Below the pieces are notes generated by a model that worked only from the letters and a program-made list of their open reading frames with translations, was not told the origin of the DNA and searched no databases. The position numbers and the translations under genes were made by a program. 64,000 nucleotides of DNA from Rhynchobatus australiae (lineage: Eukaryota), in assembly GCA_034780895.1 (NCBI GenBank), contig JAUZTB010000033.1:36972260-37036259 (forward strand), written 5' to 3'. This document shows positions 36,540 to 50,737 of this stretch, one piece after another. Position 1 is the first letter of the stretch; every line of letters begins with the position of its first letter.

Positions 36540-37360
36540 ACAGAATGTTGCATTTAATGCTTTTAATATAGTAAAATCTTCCCAAGATGCTTCATAGGAG
36601 TCAGTAAATATCATGGCACAAAATATTGGTCATCAGGTTTCTTATTTGGAGCATCTTAAAGGAGGGGGAATTCCTTAGATTTGGGCCTAAAATTACAGCT
36701 GCCACTAACAGTACAGTTGTATTGGGATGAGCAGCAGGCAGAATTATAATGCAGGAATCTCTAGGGGATATAGGCCTAGAGAAGGACTGACATGGAGATG
36801 GTGAAACTATGGAGGAATTTGAAAACATTGAGAATTTTAAAATCGAGTTGTTGTTTAACTTGGAGCCGGTATAAGAAAGTCACAAGAGTAATGGTTGAAC
36901 AAGAGTAGGAGTTGGGTACCAGAGTTTTGAATTGTGGATGGAATGAGAGTGATTGGCAAAGAATATGTTGAAATTGTGAAGTTCAATAGCATGGGTGAGG
37001 CTTTATAAGGCAGATGGGCCAAGATGTGCAGTGTTGTAGCAATGGAAATGGATAGTCTCAGCTGTAGCACAAACTTATTGCCCACAGTTCTTCTCTCAGG
37101 TGTGTGACACAGAAGATGTGGAAATTGTTTCAGTGTTGAATGATTTTTTTTTGTCAGGGAGGAGGGAGTCTGTGACTGAGAGCAGATTTTGTGGTTGCAA
37201 CCAAAAACAATGGGTTCTGTTTCCTCGGATGAAAATCTATGCTCTTCTGTTGCTGGACATCAGACAATGTAGAGACCATGTAGAAAGTGCTAGCTAGCAT
37301 TGTGAACATGAAACCTAATGCTACTCTCTGGTTGATACTTCTGCAGGGAACCATGTAGGT
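36540..37360 (-). mobile_element. L2 LINE 3' portion, very degenerate
   Basis: ttgcatttaatgcttttaatatagtaaaatcttcccaagatgcttc tail. Minus strand IQNSG motif. Confidence 0.5.
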
Positions 37361-38064
37361 GAAAAGTAGCTAAAGAAAGATCCTGAATCAACATAAAGTT
37401 GGGACATGTAACCCCCTTGGTAGAGGTTTATCTTATTTGAATTCATTTGCAGTCTTTTTTGGATATTTACAGATTTTCTTCTTCATTTTCCCCACTCCAT
37501 TTTGTTTCTCCACTGTCCATTGCACTGAAGGCTCATGACTTGTACAGTTGGTTGCTCATTATCATGCCATACACAAACCCATCTGCAGTTTGTGCGAATA
37601 GATTCTAGTAAATACAAAAAAATTGCAGATGCTGATAGATTTCGGCTTCAAAAGTTAGAGGTGGGGCAAAGGGTGAGGGTGTTGATTAACTGCTGTCCTC
37701 AACAATCACTCCTGTTTGTATGTCAGGAATTTCAAATATGCAGCTAAAATCTCCTCTGCCAATTGGGGCTGACTTGATGGAAACGTGGGCACTTGGGTGA
37801 GCTGCAGGAACATGCCTAAAGGATGTGGGAAGTGCAAAGTTTTGTGACTCCTAGTCTACCTTGGTTGGGAAGTGGGGCAGCTTGGTTTGGTCTCTGTGGA
37901 CTTGGGAGTATTCCAACAGTAACCTATTTACACTTGAAACGACATCCCTGCAATAGGCACTGTTAATGCTGCCAGGCCTTCAACTAGTGAGCTCAAAACT
38001 GACATTCCCTAAGTACCCATCTCTAGTGCTTTCCTATTCTGAGAATTTGTGGCTGAGTGTCATA

Positions 38065-38410
38065 TTTTAGAGTCAGACTGATGCAACACAGAAGCTGTCC
38101 GTGTAGCCCATCGAGGCCTTGCTGACCATCAAACATCCACTTATACTAACCTTGCATTAATTTTTTTTTGTTTTCCTCACACTTTCATCAACTCCCACCT
38201 TTCCCTGCTCCCCCAACCAGATTCAACCTCTCACCTATACACTAAAGGCAATTTACTATGGCCATTTAACCTGTCAACCAGCACCCAGAGGAAATGCACA
38301 CACTCACAGGGTGAACATACAAACTCCACACAGACTGCACTCAAGATCTGGACTAAACCCACATTTCTGGTGTTCTGTAACAGCCGCTCCACTAGCTGTG
38401 CATCTTGTTG
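38065..38410 (-). mobile_element. V-SINE remnant
   Basis: ggcaatttactatggccatttaacctg...cacagggtgaacatacaaactccacacagac. Confidence 0.75.
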
Positions 38411-39204
38411 CATTGTAATATTAGTTACCTTCATATATCAATAACACTTCAACAGTCTCTTGCTTTCTTTTGGTCTGTTTTAACTGTCTTTTGGTACAAT
38501 CAACACCATTTGGGATTTGTGTGTATGGAGAAGTTAGTTAGAATTGTCAGGGGTTTAGTGATCAACATCAATCTGTTTGAATAATCTATTGGGATGGAGT
38601 TGCGAATGGTATGTCAAATTAATCTAGTTGCATTATTTGGGAATGCAACTGACAAGATGGACAGAGTATCATCAATTCATGTGGACAAAGGGGAAATGGC
38701 ATTGGAGAGAGGGAAGGCAGTGCTCTTGGTGCTTTCTTCAGCTGTGTAGGGGAGGTGAGCAGCTGTGAGAAAGGAGCTCTCTCCAGTGACCGATTGGTGT
38801 GGGACTGAGGTTGGATTCAATATGGGGCTGGGGTAGAAACAAGTGAAGCTTTCTAGTTGACTTTCTGTGGACGTTACTGGGGTGGGGCAAGTTCTCTCCT
38901 GTTTTCCCCCCCCCTCAGCTGAGAGTGTGTTAAGGAATTGGGAGACTTTTCAGCAGGAATGCAGGGGCCTCTTTTAGTCAACATCATCCTTGTTCTCCTC
39001 TTTTTCATTCTTGCTCCATCTTTTACTTGACTTGTATTTATCCCCTGAATTTAGCCTGTTTAATTGGGTGAGGAAAAACTAGTCAAGGCTCACAACAGCA
39101 CAACCTAAACTCTTGAGTTTATTCTAAATGAGCAAAAGCTGAAAATAAAATCAATACAAACACTTGAAATAGTGACATTAGATGTTATGTGAGATTACTG
39201 AAAG

Positions 39205-39495
39205 TATGAATCAGATTTATTATCACTGATATGATGTGTTGCAGCAGCAGGACAGTGCAAAAACAAAAATAGTGCAAAAATAAGTAGTGTTCATGGATCA
39301 TTCAGAAATCTGATGGCAGAGGAAAGGAAGCTGTTCCTGAATCAGAGTTGGGGTCTTAAGGCTCTTGTACCTCCTCCCTGATGGTAGTAACAAGAAGAGG
39401 GTATGTCCTGGATGGTGAAGGTCCTTGATGGGCACTGCCACCTTGAGGCGCCACCTCTTGACGATGTCCTTGATGGTGGAGAGGGTTGTGCCCAC
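39205..39495 (-). mobile_element. Rex1/Babar LINE 3' end
   Basis: IKDLHHPGHTLFLLLPSGRRYKSLKT. Homologous to 12720-13070. Confidence 0.85.
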
Positions 39496-42059
39496 CTTAT
39501 TGTCTGGTACCCACCTTTTGTATGCAAGTATGTCTTTGTATCTTACTTTGCTTCAACCCTGAAGTGTAACATATAGCATCTATACAAATCCCACTGACTC
39601 TCTGCAAGTAATCAATTCTGGCAACTTGCAAGGCAACTGTGGAGAAAGTTTGTTCTGAACCCTCCTCACTTTACAATTCCATAATCACACCCCCCAGTGA
39701 CAATTTGATTGGTGCAAACTTCCTCTCCTCTTAGCATGTCACAAGACCCTAAAGTGTCTGAAATGGAAATGTTTTGTTTGCCCATGTGTCAATGAGGTCT
39801 GAGTTTGAGCATTCTGAAAAGTTGGTGAATGAATCTTCATCTAGTGATGATTCTGATGTTTACCACTATCAAAAATCTATTTGAGAGAGGACCAGCCATC
39901 CTGGCACCATCTTGTATTGACTTATAAGTGTTGGTGACAGCCACATTATAGGGGTCCAAAGGTGGTTTTAAGTTTGTATAAACAAGTTCTTCTGAATTTC
40001 CTGTCAGCTTATAGCTGTGTGGAAAAGTCCAATACACAGCCTCTACTTTCCCTTAGCATGTGGGGATAGAATATTTGGTCGTCTTTAGTCCACGTTGATT
40101 TAAAAACAATCTTGCTGTATACTTACCACAGAGTTAACAAGCAATGGATGTCTGAAATAAGATTTTTTTGTGATGAGGCCTTCTGTTGATGTGGCTTGAA
40201 TACATGCAGGTTCTGTGGGTGAGCCTGTTTGTACTTCAAGTGAAAATGTAGATTAGAGGCGTGTGTGTGTGTGTGGAGGGAAGCTGAAAGCACAATTTAA
40301 TGCACTTAAGAATGAGAGGAGATCCGCAAATGATTTATCTAGACTTGCTGACTCATTGGAGACCAATGTGAGACCTGAATTAAGCCTTTGCCTTATGTTA
40401 TTGTCCCCAGAGACTGCTGTCTGTGTCTGAAGGTTGAGAGCATACACTATACTGTGTCCTGAAGGTGATAAACAAAAGCATCCTGACTTGCAAGGATGCA
40501 ATTGTTATTCCTTCATTTCCTGTCCCCTTTCTTCCCCTAAAAGGGCAAGAGTACACAGTGCTTACAAACTCTCTCTAGCTCCAATGGTGGATGTTTAATA
40601 TTTTGTTTTCCCCCATAGCTCTAATCCTGGGATTTGTTGCCACTGTTTTTTCTCAGGGGACTGGATGGAGGAAGTGGCAGGCTGCTTCTGGGATTGGACA
40701 CCAGCATATGTTATTTATGGTTGTTTTGTGTTTCCTGCTTGATGTGGTTGGTGGAGGGGGTGGAAAATGGGTTGTGGGATGTTCTGTGTGTGGTTAAGGT
40801 GACATGTTTGGGGTCCCTAATAGCACTAACAACTTGGCCACATCTGTACAATCCATTTTTTTTGTCTATAAACTCTTTTGGTGGTGTGCTGAGAGTTGAC
40901 TGGAAAATGTGAGCACTCAGAGAAACTGTGGAAGAATTTGCCTGACTTGCAATAAACATCTGTTTTGTGTGACTTGTAGGCAGTGAATTGCCAGACCCTG
41001 TACAGCTACTCCCAGTTACCACATTTAGCTGAGATTTTTCAATCGGACCTTGGGCTTGCAGAACCTCACTAAATTTGCTGATATTCATTTTTCCCTGTCC
41101 AACTCTTGTCAGTTTGCTTCTGACGTCCTCTGTAATGAATTCATCTGCTAATCCCTTTTCCTGTGAAGGAACGGGATCATAGGATTTAATTGTACAGACC
41201 GTTGGTCAGTCTTTAGGAGATAGAGGTTGGCACCTGTCTCAATGGGTGATGACGTGAAAGCAATGATTTTGCTTCTGATTTCTTGAAGCTGGATGCTTTA
41301 AATTAATGACATTCAAGAGATCTTTGCCCTAACAGGATGTGTGCTCTTAATGGGAATTGTGGTGAAGTCGAGCCTGATTACTAACAGGAATTGCAGAGCA
41401 AAGAAGTTGCATTTTCTGGCTAGCATTTGTTCAGAAGTGGTGGAGGTGAGGGGAGTGATGCAGGTTTTGATTCATGAAGGAGTGTGACAAGGGATCTGTC
41501 ACTATCTGATGTTTGGATGCTGACTGGTGTCCTTGGATCCCAGGTGTATTTAAAACGTATGGCAGAACCACTTCTGTTTAGAATTCTAATAAACTGATAT
41601 AAGAGACCAATGGTATGATTAAACTGCCAGCTTGTTTTATAAAACATATTTATTAAGCTGATCCATGATTTGTTATTGTGCAACGGACCCTGTCAACCAT
41701 CTTCACCTGTAAATTGTACCCCTGCCTTCCCTTTCTTCATTGTTCCTTACTGTCGTGTCGCAGTTAGGTATCACTGGGTTTCTTCAGCTCTGTGGTAAGA
41801 AAACAAAATAATAGGGTTGTCCAAGTATTTGCAACAAGCTCAGCCTGATAAATATAGGGAGGATATGGCAATGCACATGCAAATTCTAGATGCATAATGG
41901 CCAGGGATAAGTACAGAATAGAGAGATACAAAGGATGAGTAATATTTAAACTGTCCTGGGCCATCACTTTCTCTGGTTAGACAGATGCAACTTGTTGCAT
42001 TGTTTTAGCCTCAGAAACCCTATGGATATAAGGTGACAACTCCTGAAATATATGGTTTA

Positions 42060-43100
42060 GGATGTGGTAATGTGGCACCTAGAAATTAACAGAGCAGGGT
42101 CAGTATGGATTTATGAAATTGTGTTTGAAAATTTTTCGAGGTTGTTGATAGCAGAACAGAATAGAGTAAATCAGTTGACGTGAACTTAATCCAGGAGGCC
42201 TTCCACTAAGTGCCATACAAGAAATTATTAAGCAAATTGATAGTAATGCAGTGTGGATTGAGGATTGTTTAACAAAGTGGAGAATAAATGGTTTGTTCTT
42301 GAGTTAAGAGGCTAAGATGAATGAGGTGCAACAGGGATTATTACTATTATTTGAATAAGGCAGTCAATTTAACCTCCAGGTTTGCTAGTGGTACAAAGCC
42401 AGGTGTGCTTTGTAAGGAGTGCAGAGGCTTCAGGGTATTATAATCGGATAAGCTAATGGGGAAGGATAAGGTAGATTGTATGCAAAATGGTCATCCAATT
42501 TGATAGAATAAAGTGTTGAGAGGTTTGATATTGTTGACATGCAGAGGGACATGGGTGTTCTTGTGCACAAATCACTGAAAGATAATGCAGTATAACCAAG
42601 CATTTTGGAAGCCAAATGGTGTGTTGACCTTCTTTGCAAGAGGGTTTGCTTACAAGAGTAGAGGCATCTTGCTGCAAATGCATGGAGCCTTAGCAAGCCT
42701 GGATATTGTGTACAGATATGACCTTCCTACCCAAGGAAGGATATAATTGTTTTCAAGGAGTGCATTAAACACTTTCCAAATTGCCTCCTGGGTTTCTGCT
42801 TTTGTCTTGGAGTTTTTTTTTCAAACTGTGCCTATGATCTTGTGTGTAGGAAATGAGAGGTTAGCATTTGTTAGACTTTGACTCGATAGATGTTGAGTTG
42901 ATGTTTTCTCCTGGCTGGCAGTCCCTAAATAAGGGGTCATCATATTCAAGACAGAAATTGGTAGATTTTAGATGATTTGAGGGATATGGGGTCAGTATAT
43001 CTCTGGCAAATGGCAGTGAAGTAAAAGATCAGCCTTATCTTTTTGAATGGTTGAGTGGGCAAGAGGTGTCAAATGGTCTAGTTCTACTCCAGTTTCTTTT
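42060..43100 (+). mobile_element. CR1 LINE RT/3' fragment, very degenerate
   Basis: QYGFMK, KVPYKKLLSK and QRDMGVLVHKSLK motifs, plus CR1 tail. Confidence 0.75.
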
Positions 43101-44194
43101 GTGTTCTGTGATGGCTGTGTCAGTTGCTGTCATCTCTTGTCTCCATTTTGGGCACATTGCCTGAAGTTTCACAACTGTTTACAGTGATGCCAAACAGAAG
43201 GAAGAATATTCTGCAAGGCAGTGCCTAGTTAGAGCTGCTGCAGATGTTGGGACTTGGCCAAGTGATGCAATAAGAGGCTTTTTGGACAATGTGCAGTCAA
43301 ATGTCCAGCTGTCAGGGGGAATAGTTCTTGGCTGCCACCCATTTCAAACCCTTGTTTTGCCTCCATGTCCCAATGGGTGACTCATCGAGCAGCACAGAGG
43401 ATGCCAAAGGCTGGTATTAGTACTTTGACAACTGGGGTGGTCAAATGCAAAGACATTGATACTTAATATTTCCATTGAACATTTCCCACTGATCTGCAGT
43501 ACCACACGAGAGATCAGTCTTCATTTTCTTAAACAACCCAGGCAGAACTTTTAATTTGGGACAGGCAGGAGGATAGTTAAGAGACTAAGCTTGTGGGCAA
43601 TATCTTTTTAAATACACACACATAAGCCAGCAATCCATCCTTTCCAAAGCTAAGACATGCAGAGGAAAATAGGAGTGGGACTGAGGCACCTGACCCTTTT
43701 ATCCTAGCATTCAATGTGATGTGATCTGCCCAGGTCTCAACTGTCCTAATGCAAGGTTTGGACCCAAAACTTTGATTATTCCTTTGCCTTCACAGATGCC
43801 GCTTGACCCACCGAGTTTCTCTAGTAGTTTTATTTTGGCCCAGTACTTGACTCTTGTGCCAGTTCCACATAGCCCACAATTCCCCAGTCGCTCCAGTTTT
43901 TAAACCCTCATCCACTACCCTCTGGGGTGGACAATTCTACAGATTCACCACCCTCTGAGAAGGCATTCTAGCACACCTCAGTTTTAAGTGGCTGCCCCAG
44001 ATTGTACCCCTTACCAGGGCTGAACCTGTGTAGAATTGGAAAATGGTAGGCCCAACTGTAGTGACTAAAGTGCTAAATAGTTTTGTCAACGTAATTCGGA
44101 TATGGGCTGAACAATGGGCTTCAGTAGCCTATCACACCAGAAATTAAATAAGACAAAGCCTGGGACTTTCTAGTGTTCGCTGACAAAACATTGT

Positions 44195-44480
44195 AGTCAA
44201 AATTGAGTTTATTGTCATATGCACAGGTACAATGAAAAACTTGCTTGCAGCAACATCACAGGCATATAGCATCAGATAAGCAGCATTCACAAGAAAAACA
44301 TTAAATTACATGCCTTTTTTTTCTTACAGGAAAGAATACAATTAGAACAAAATCCACTTTGGTGCAGTGATCAGTGGTCATAGTATGGCTAAGCTGTAGT
44401 GATTAGGGTTGTGCTGTTTGTTTTAAGAACTGAATGGTTGAAGGGAAGTAGCTGTTCTTGAACTTAGTGGTGTGGTACGT
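44195..44480 (-). mobile_element. Rex1/Babar-type 3' tail
   Basis: gagtttattgtcatatgcac...aatggttgaagggaagtagctgttcttgaac. Confidence 0.7.
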
Positions 44481-45329
44481 GCATCTGTAAACACTGAGGT
44501 GGTGGCAGCCCTCATGAGTCCACAGAAGCCCAGTTGTCCATTCCTAGTTCCAAAGTCCCTGAACATCTATTTTTGACAGATGATTGAACCTGGAGTTGTA
44601 CTCTGATATTCGGGTTTGATGCTGTTTTCCTATTGTCGGGCAATTAATGCAAGTGGAATGTAAACCTCTCCAGCAATAATCATCCTACATACACACTCTT
44701 TAGTTTGCAGGCAATGCTTTGCTTCATACTTGTGTGCTTGCATTTTTGGACTGATGATTAATCTGCCTTGTTTATGGAAGAATTAAGTAATGCAACATTT
44801 AGTAGAAGGGTTTATTCACTTTTTTTCTTTCTTGGTTTTCTCTTCTGTTTCGGGTTTGTACCAGGGCACCAACCACCTGTGCATTTGAGCCAAATGGTTG
44901 TGTGGGCATGTTGATCATTGTCTTTGGTATCAGTTGGGTTACATCATACACTCTGGAATCCCTTCTATCTCTTCCCTATTAAGAGTTTCCTTTTTTAATC
45001 AAGCTTTTGTTTGATTCCTCCTTTGGTTATGAAGTTTTTTTTTGGTGGTGGGGGAAAGAGAGAAAAACCTATGCTGAAGTGTGGCATGGCAATGAATTGC
45101 ATTCCTGTTTTGTGAGCTAATGGATTTGTGAAGGGTCTTGCAGTCAATTCTTCTTTGTATACTTGTATGTTTACGCTAGTTCTAAGTGTTCAGTGAGTAT
45201 CATAGGACTATTTATATCTGTATATTTGGAGCAGGAGCTTTGAAAAGGGATGAGTCTCTATGCGTGTGCTTGTGAGTTTCACCTTGCAAGAGTCTAAAAG
45301 AGGCACATTTGCAAATTGTTACCTGCTGA

Positions 45330-48172
45330 TTGGCTAATTAACAGCAGCAAATAAAAGGAAGGCAGGTTTAAGCGGAGCAGCCATTGTGTGAGTGGAGCAC
45401 TTGAGGCTTTGGCGAGAGGAGGTTGAGGCAAGTTTCTTTTTCTTATTTTTTTTCTTCCTTTAGTGCTAGGCAGAGTACTTAGAATGACTCCAGGGTCAGT
45501 GGTGTGTTCACCTTGCAAGATGTGGGAGTTCTGGGAGACCTCCAATCTCCCTAATAGTTACACCTGTATGAGGTGCATCCAGCTGCAGCTCCAGATCCCT
45601 AACAGTCTGTAAGGAGCTGCAACTGGTTGACCTTCTCCCTTATACTCCCGTAGGAGCCAAACATAAACAAGAGCTACAGGGAGGCAGTCACTCCTAAGCT
45701 GCAGGAGGCAGGTAGCTGGGTGACTGTCAGGAGAATAGGCAGGTAGTGCAGAGTACCCCTGTGGCTGTTCCCCTGAATAACAGATATACCACTGGATACT
45801 GTTGGTGGGGGGGGGTGACCTACCAGGGGAAAGCTGCAGTGACCAGGTCTCTTGGCACTGTGCTTGGTTGTGTGGTGCGAGGGGGGGGGAGGAAGAGGAG
45901 GAGGCCGGAGGCCAGACAAGAGAGTCTGTGGCCATGAAAGAGATTCTCAGATGGTATGTTGCCTCCTGGGTGCCAGGGTCGGATGTCTCTGATCAGATCT
46001 GGTGTTCTGAAGGGGGAGGGTGAACAGCCAGAGGTCCTGGTACATTTGATACTGATGTAGATAGGAAAAGAGATGAGGTCCTGAAGAGGAATATAGGGTG
46101 CTAGGTGGGAAGCTGAAAAGCAGGACCTCAAGGGTAGTAATCCCCTGGATTGCTGCCTGTGCCATAGGTTGATTTGACAGATGAATGCGTGGCTGAGGAG
46201 TTGGTGTAGGGGGCAGGGTTTCAGATTTGCTGATCATTGGGATCTCTTCTGGGGAAGGTATGACCTGTACAAATGGGATGGGTTACACCTGATCTGGAGG
46301 GGGACCAGTATTCTTGCAGGCAGGTTTGCTAGAACTGTTGGGGGGGGTTAAAATAGTTTGGCGGGAGAATGGGAACCAGAGTGATAGGTCCGAGGTTGGT
46401 TCATTTGGTGTACAAGTAGATGCAGAGTGTAGAAAGAAAGTTGAAAGTGCACAATTACAGTCAGTTGGCAGGGCGGAAGTGGCTTTGCTGATCAGGGACA
46501 GTATCACAGCTATAGAAAGGGAGGATGTTCTGGAAGGATCATCTACTGTGTCACTGGTGAAAATATGAAACAGGAAGGGAGGGATTACTCTATTAGGAGT
46601 ATTCTACAGATTCCCCCCCACCGTAGTAGCAGAGACACTGAGGAGCAGATTGGGAGGCAGATTTTGGAGAGGTGCAAAAATAACACGGTTGTTGTCATGG
46701 GTGATTTCAACTTCCCTAATATTGATTGGCACCACCTTAGTGTAAAGGGGATAGATGGGGCAGAGTTGGTTAGGTGTGTCCAGGAAGGATTCCTGACACA
46801 GTATATAAACGGGCTGACTAGAGCAGAGGCCATACTGGACCTGGTACTAGGAAATGAGCCTAATCAGGTTTCAGATCTCTTGATGGGAGAGCGTTTTGGA
46901 GACATTAGCCAAAACTCCTTGACCTTTACCATAGCCTCTGAGAGGGATAGGAGCAGATGATAAGGGAAAGTATTTAATTGGGGAAGGGGAAATTATGATC
47001 CTATTAGGCAGTAAATTGGGAACATATGTTCTTGGGGTAAGTGCACAATGGAAATGTGGAGGTTGATTGGGGATTGCTTGTATGGGGGTTCTGAATAGGT
47101 TTGTCCCACTTGAGGTAGGGTAAGGATATAGAAGACAGGTTGTAGATGGAGCGTATTCTGACTGGAGGTCAGTGACCAGTGCTGTTCCACAGAGATCTGT
47201 TCTGGGACCCCTGGTCTTTGTGATTTTTATAAAATGACTTGGATGAGGGTTTGGAGGGGTGGGTTAGTAGGTTTGCAGATAACGTGAAGGTTGATGGTGT
47301 TGTGGATAGTGTAGAAGGTTGCTGTAGATGATAACAAGACATTGATAGGATGCAGAGCTGGGCTGAGAAGTGGCAGATGAAGTTCAGTCCAGAAAAGTGT
47401 GAAGGCATATACTTTGGAAGATCAAATTTAAAAGCAGAGTACAAGGTTAATGGTAGGACTTTTAGCAGTGTGGAGGAATGGAGGGACCTTAGGGTCCACA
47501 TCCACATATCCCTCCAGGTTGCCACCCAGGTTGATAGGGTTGTTGAGGCCTAAGGTGTGTTGGCCTTCATTATTTGGGGTACTGAGTTCAAGAGCCACGG
47601 GGGTAATGTTGCAGCTCTATAAAACTCTGATTAGTCCACACTTGGAGTATTGTGTTCAGTTCTGGTCACCTCATTATAGGAACAATATGGAAGCTTTAGT
47701 GAGGGTGCAGAGGAGATTTACCAGGATTCTGCCTGGATTGGAGAGCATGTCTTATGAGGACAGGTCAAGTGAGCTACGGCTCTTCTCTTTGGAGCAAAGC
47801 TGGATGAGAGTTGACTTGATAGAGGTGTACATGATGATGATAAGCATAAATCGAGTGGGCAGTCAAACTTTTTCCCAGCATGAAAATCCCTAACATGAAG
47901 GGACATAATTTTAAGGTGATTGGAGAAAGGTATAGGAGGGATGTCAGAGGTAAGTTTTACACAGAAAATGGTGGGTGTGTGGAATGCACCGTCGGCAGAG
48001 GTGGTGGAGTCAGATACATTAGGGACATTTAAGAGACTCTTAGATAGACACATGAATGATAGAAATGGAGGGCTATGTGGGAAGGAAGGGTTAGATAGAT
48101 TTTGGAGTAGGATAAAATGTATAGGTGCAACATCATGGGCTGAAGAGCCTGCACTATGCTGTAATATTCTAT
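45330..48172 (+). mobile_element. CR1/HER1 LINE with 5' end, ORF1 and internally deleted ORF2; non-functional
   Basis: ORF1 remnant 45484-46356: CSPC..CMRC zinc finger, then SGNH/GDSL esterase motifs CLLGAR, VHFDTD and DGLHL. APE endonuclease: VALLIR, MGDFNFPNIDW, ILDLVL. RT: VPQRSVLGP, RFADN, PHLEYCVQFWSP. 3' tail present. Stops and frameshifts throughout. Confidence 0.95.
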
Positions 48173-49059
48173 CTAAAAGATTAGAACCATTAATGTCTCA
48201 GTAGAAAAATGTGACATGTCCCCCACTTAAGTTTCTTGCTGGATTGTATACACAAATCTTAAAATACTACTTTAATTCATGACCTTCTGACCTGAGTCTT
48301 GAGTACCTGGCTTGGTGCCAGTGCCAAATGGTCCATTTTTCCTCTAAAGACAGCTTTATAAAGACAACTGAATTCCAGTTAAATCAATCCACTTATTATC
48401 ATTGTGACAATTTTAAAATGTGGTTGCAAAACAGCAACTGACTAGTCTCCAGAATGGACTGCTGGTTAAAGGGATTTTGGTTAAAATGGCAGACCCATCC
48501 CTAACATCAGTTATGACAAATGTCCACGTTAGGTACTTACAATGCTTCCTACATCAGTACTTGTGAGTAACCACTCTTGATATTATTCCCACACACTATC
48601 CACCCCTTTCTCCCCATTCAGAAATGGGCCAGTTCTTGCTCATCATTCTAGCAATTGAGTAGATTGTGGATGTTCACCAACTATCTTAAAATTAGTTTCC
48701 ACAAAGAAGCAGAGCAGAAGTTGGCCATTGACAACCCTTGTGCTGGTCTTGCCATCCATTCAGCTACTTAAATTTTGTTGGGTAAGGGTCATACAGTTTC
48801 CAGAATCTGAAACAAAATTTCAAGCCTGGTGTTCATTTTTTTGGGGGGTTGGGGGGGGCAAAGACTTCCAGATTTCCCCCAAACCCTTGTGTCTGTGATT
48901 TAAATTCTGATCATCCTTGAGCAGCCTGGCTCCAGTTGCTAGATTATTGCCCCTTCTTTAAGGAGAGAATTGGTGTTGTGAAAGAAAGTAAAGTTTGTAG
49001 TATTTGTGCAGAGTGTCTCCAATCTTTGTGCCCAGCTTCTTGGCTATTTGCTTTGGGGG

Positions 49060-49500
49060 TCGTGCAGAAAAGGTTTGCCAAATTCCTTCCTGTATGAAGG
49101 GTTTGATGTATGAAGAAAGGTTGAGTAGGCTGGGCCTATATCATTGGAGCTTAGAAGAATGAGGGGTGATCTTACTGAAGCATTAGATTCACAAGGGGAT
49201 TGACAAGAATATTCCCCAACTAGAGTTATCTGGGACTGACGGGCATTGCTTCAGAATCGGGCATCAGTCACTTCTGACGGACATGAGGAACTTCAGCTGG
49301 GATAAAGAATTCTAAAGGTTTAGGATCTTCAGAGAAGAATATTCTAGACAGATTAACGGGTAAGAGAGACCACAGGGAATTTGGAGTATGGAGAAACAGC
49401 TGGAAAGTTTTTTTCTAGGGCAAGGTTGGGTCTGTGATCCAATTGAATGATGGCACAGGCTCTAGTGGCTGATTTGGCTGCCTCCTGCTCCTGTTTCTTT
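49060..49500 (+). mobile_element. CR1 3' fragment
   Basis: YEERLSRLGL and RRMRGDL motifs. Confidence 0.8.
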
Positions 49501-50439
49501 TATCCTTGAGCTCCAGATTTCCTCTCCTGGTAAAGAAGGAAAATGCTGTGAGCTTGACCATTGAGAATACAGGAGATCAAAGGAAGGAGGAGATGTTGAG
49601 AGGCACGTGAATCTAAGTATTTTGAGTCAATTACTGGAGCAATATATGTGAAACTCGATCCACTCTAAGCAACCGATCAATTGGTCTTCCCAGCAACTAT
49701 TTTGCTGTACACAGCTAGTCTTTCTGTGACAGCTTTAAAATGCCCTCATGAGGTTAATGTTTTCTTTTGTTGAATGGTTGCATTATCCCCAGGGATGATT
49801 CTCTTAATGAAGAAAATATCTTTTGTTTCAAGAACTGGAGCAAAACTGGAGCTGAGGTTCTGTTTGTTTTACTTTGGGGCGTACTACTGAGAGGCAGCTT
49901 AGCCAGTTAGACCCTCCTGTTTTCTGCATATTTGCCAGAAGAACTTGGCAACAGCTTTTGATTCTCTCTTGTTTGAGTGCTGGCACATACTTTCCATTTG
50001 AAGTAACTTCCTGTGGGGATGTCAATGTTTTTCATGGAGTTGAAGTTGGAGGGGGAGAGGGTGGAAGAGCCTGTGAGACATGCTGATCAAACATGTAGAA
50101 ATCTTCAACCACCCCCCCACCGCTGACTTTGGCAGCTAGGTTTTGGGAAGGACTGAGTCCTTCCAGAGTACTGTCTGGAATTAATGGCTGCTGAGCTGTG
50201 GAGAAAGGAGCAGTGAAGATGCTTTTAATTAATTGAATAACTCCAAGTGACCAGTTAAATAGAATGTGTTGGAGCTTTTAAAAGTTGGCTGACTTTTTAA
50301 ATACTTCATCCCCAGGGATTAAGCTTTGCTCTTGACTCTCTTGTCCTTCCCTTTCTCCACATTTTTGTGGACAGACTTTTGTTTTCCCAACACTGGCTCA
50401 CAGAATTCTGATTTATTGTCTGACAGTCTGTTGCCAGTG

Positions 50440-50648
50440 GCGAGATGTTTTTGTCTGTCCTGGGAAGAGATTGCCTCTGCAGCCTGGTACAGATTCAAAG
50501 ATGTGCTCAAAGCTTCCTTGACAAAAATGCAACGTCCCTGCCGATTCCTGGGAATCTTTGGCAAATGACCACTAAATGGAGAAGGAGCATTCAGGATGGT
50601 ATTGAGTACCTTCAATGCATGCATCGAGAGTGCACACAAACCCTATGT
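50440..50648 (+). mobile_element. RTE LINE ORF C-terminal fragment
   Basis: RFKDVLKASL, DSWESLAND and WRRSIQDGIEYL motifs. Confidence 0.8.
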
Positions 50649-50737
50649 TGGTGCTTTCACAAGTTGAGTGACTTTTTAAGTTCTTTTGGCTGTAATCAAT
50701 AGAAACTGGTGTAGTGGTTTGTGTTCTGGTGACGCCA

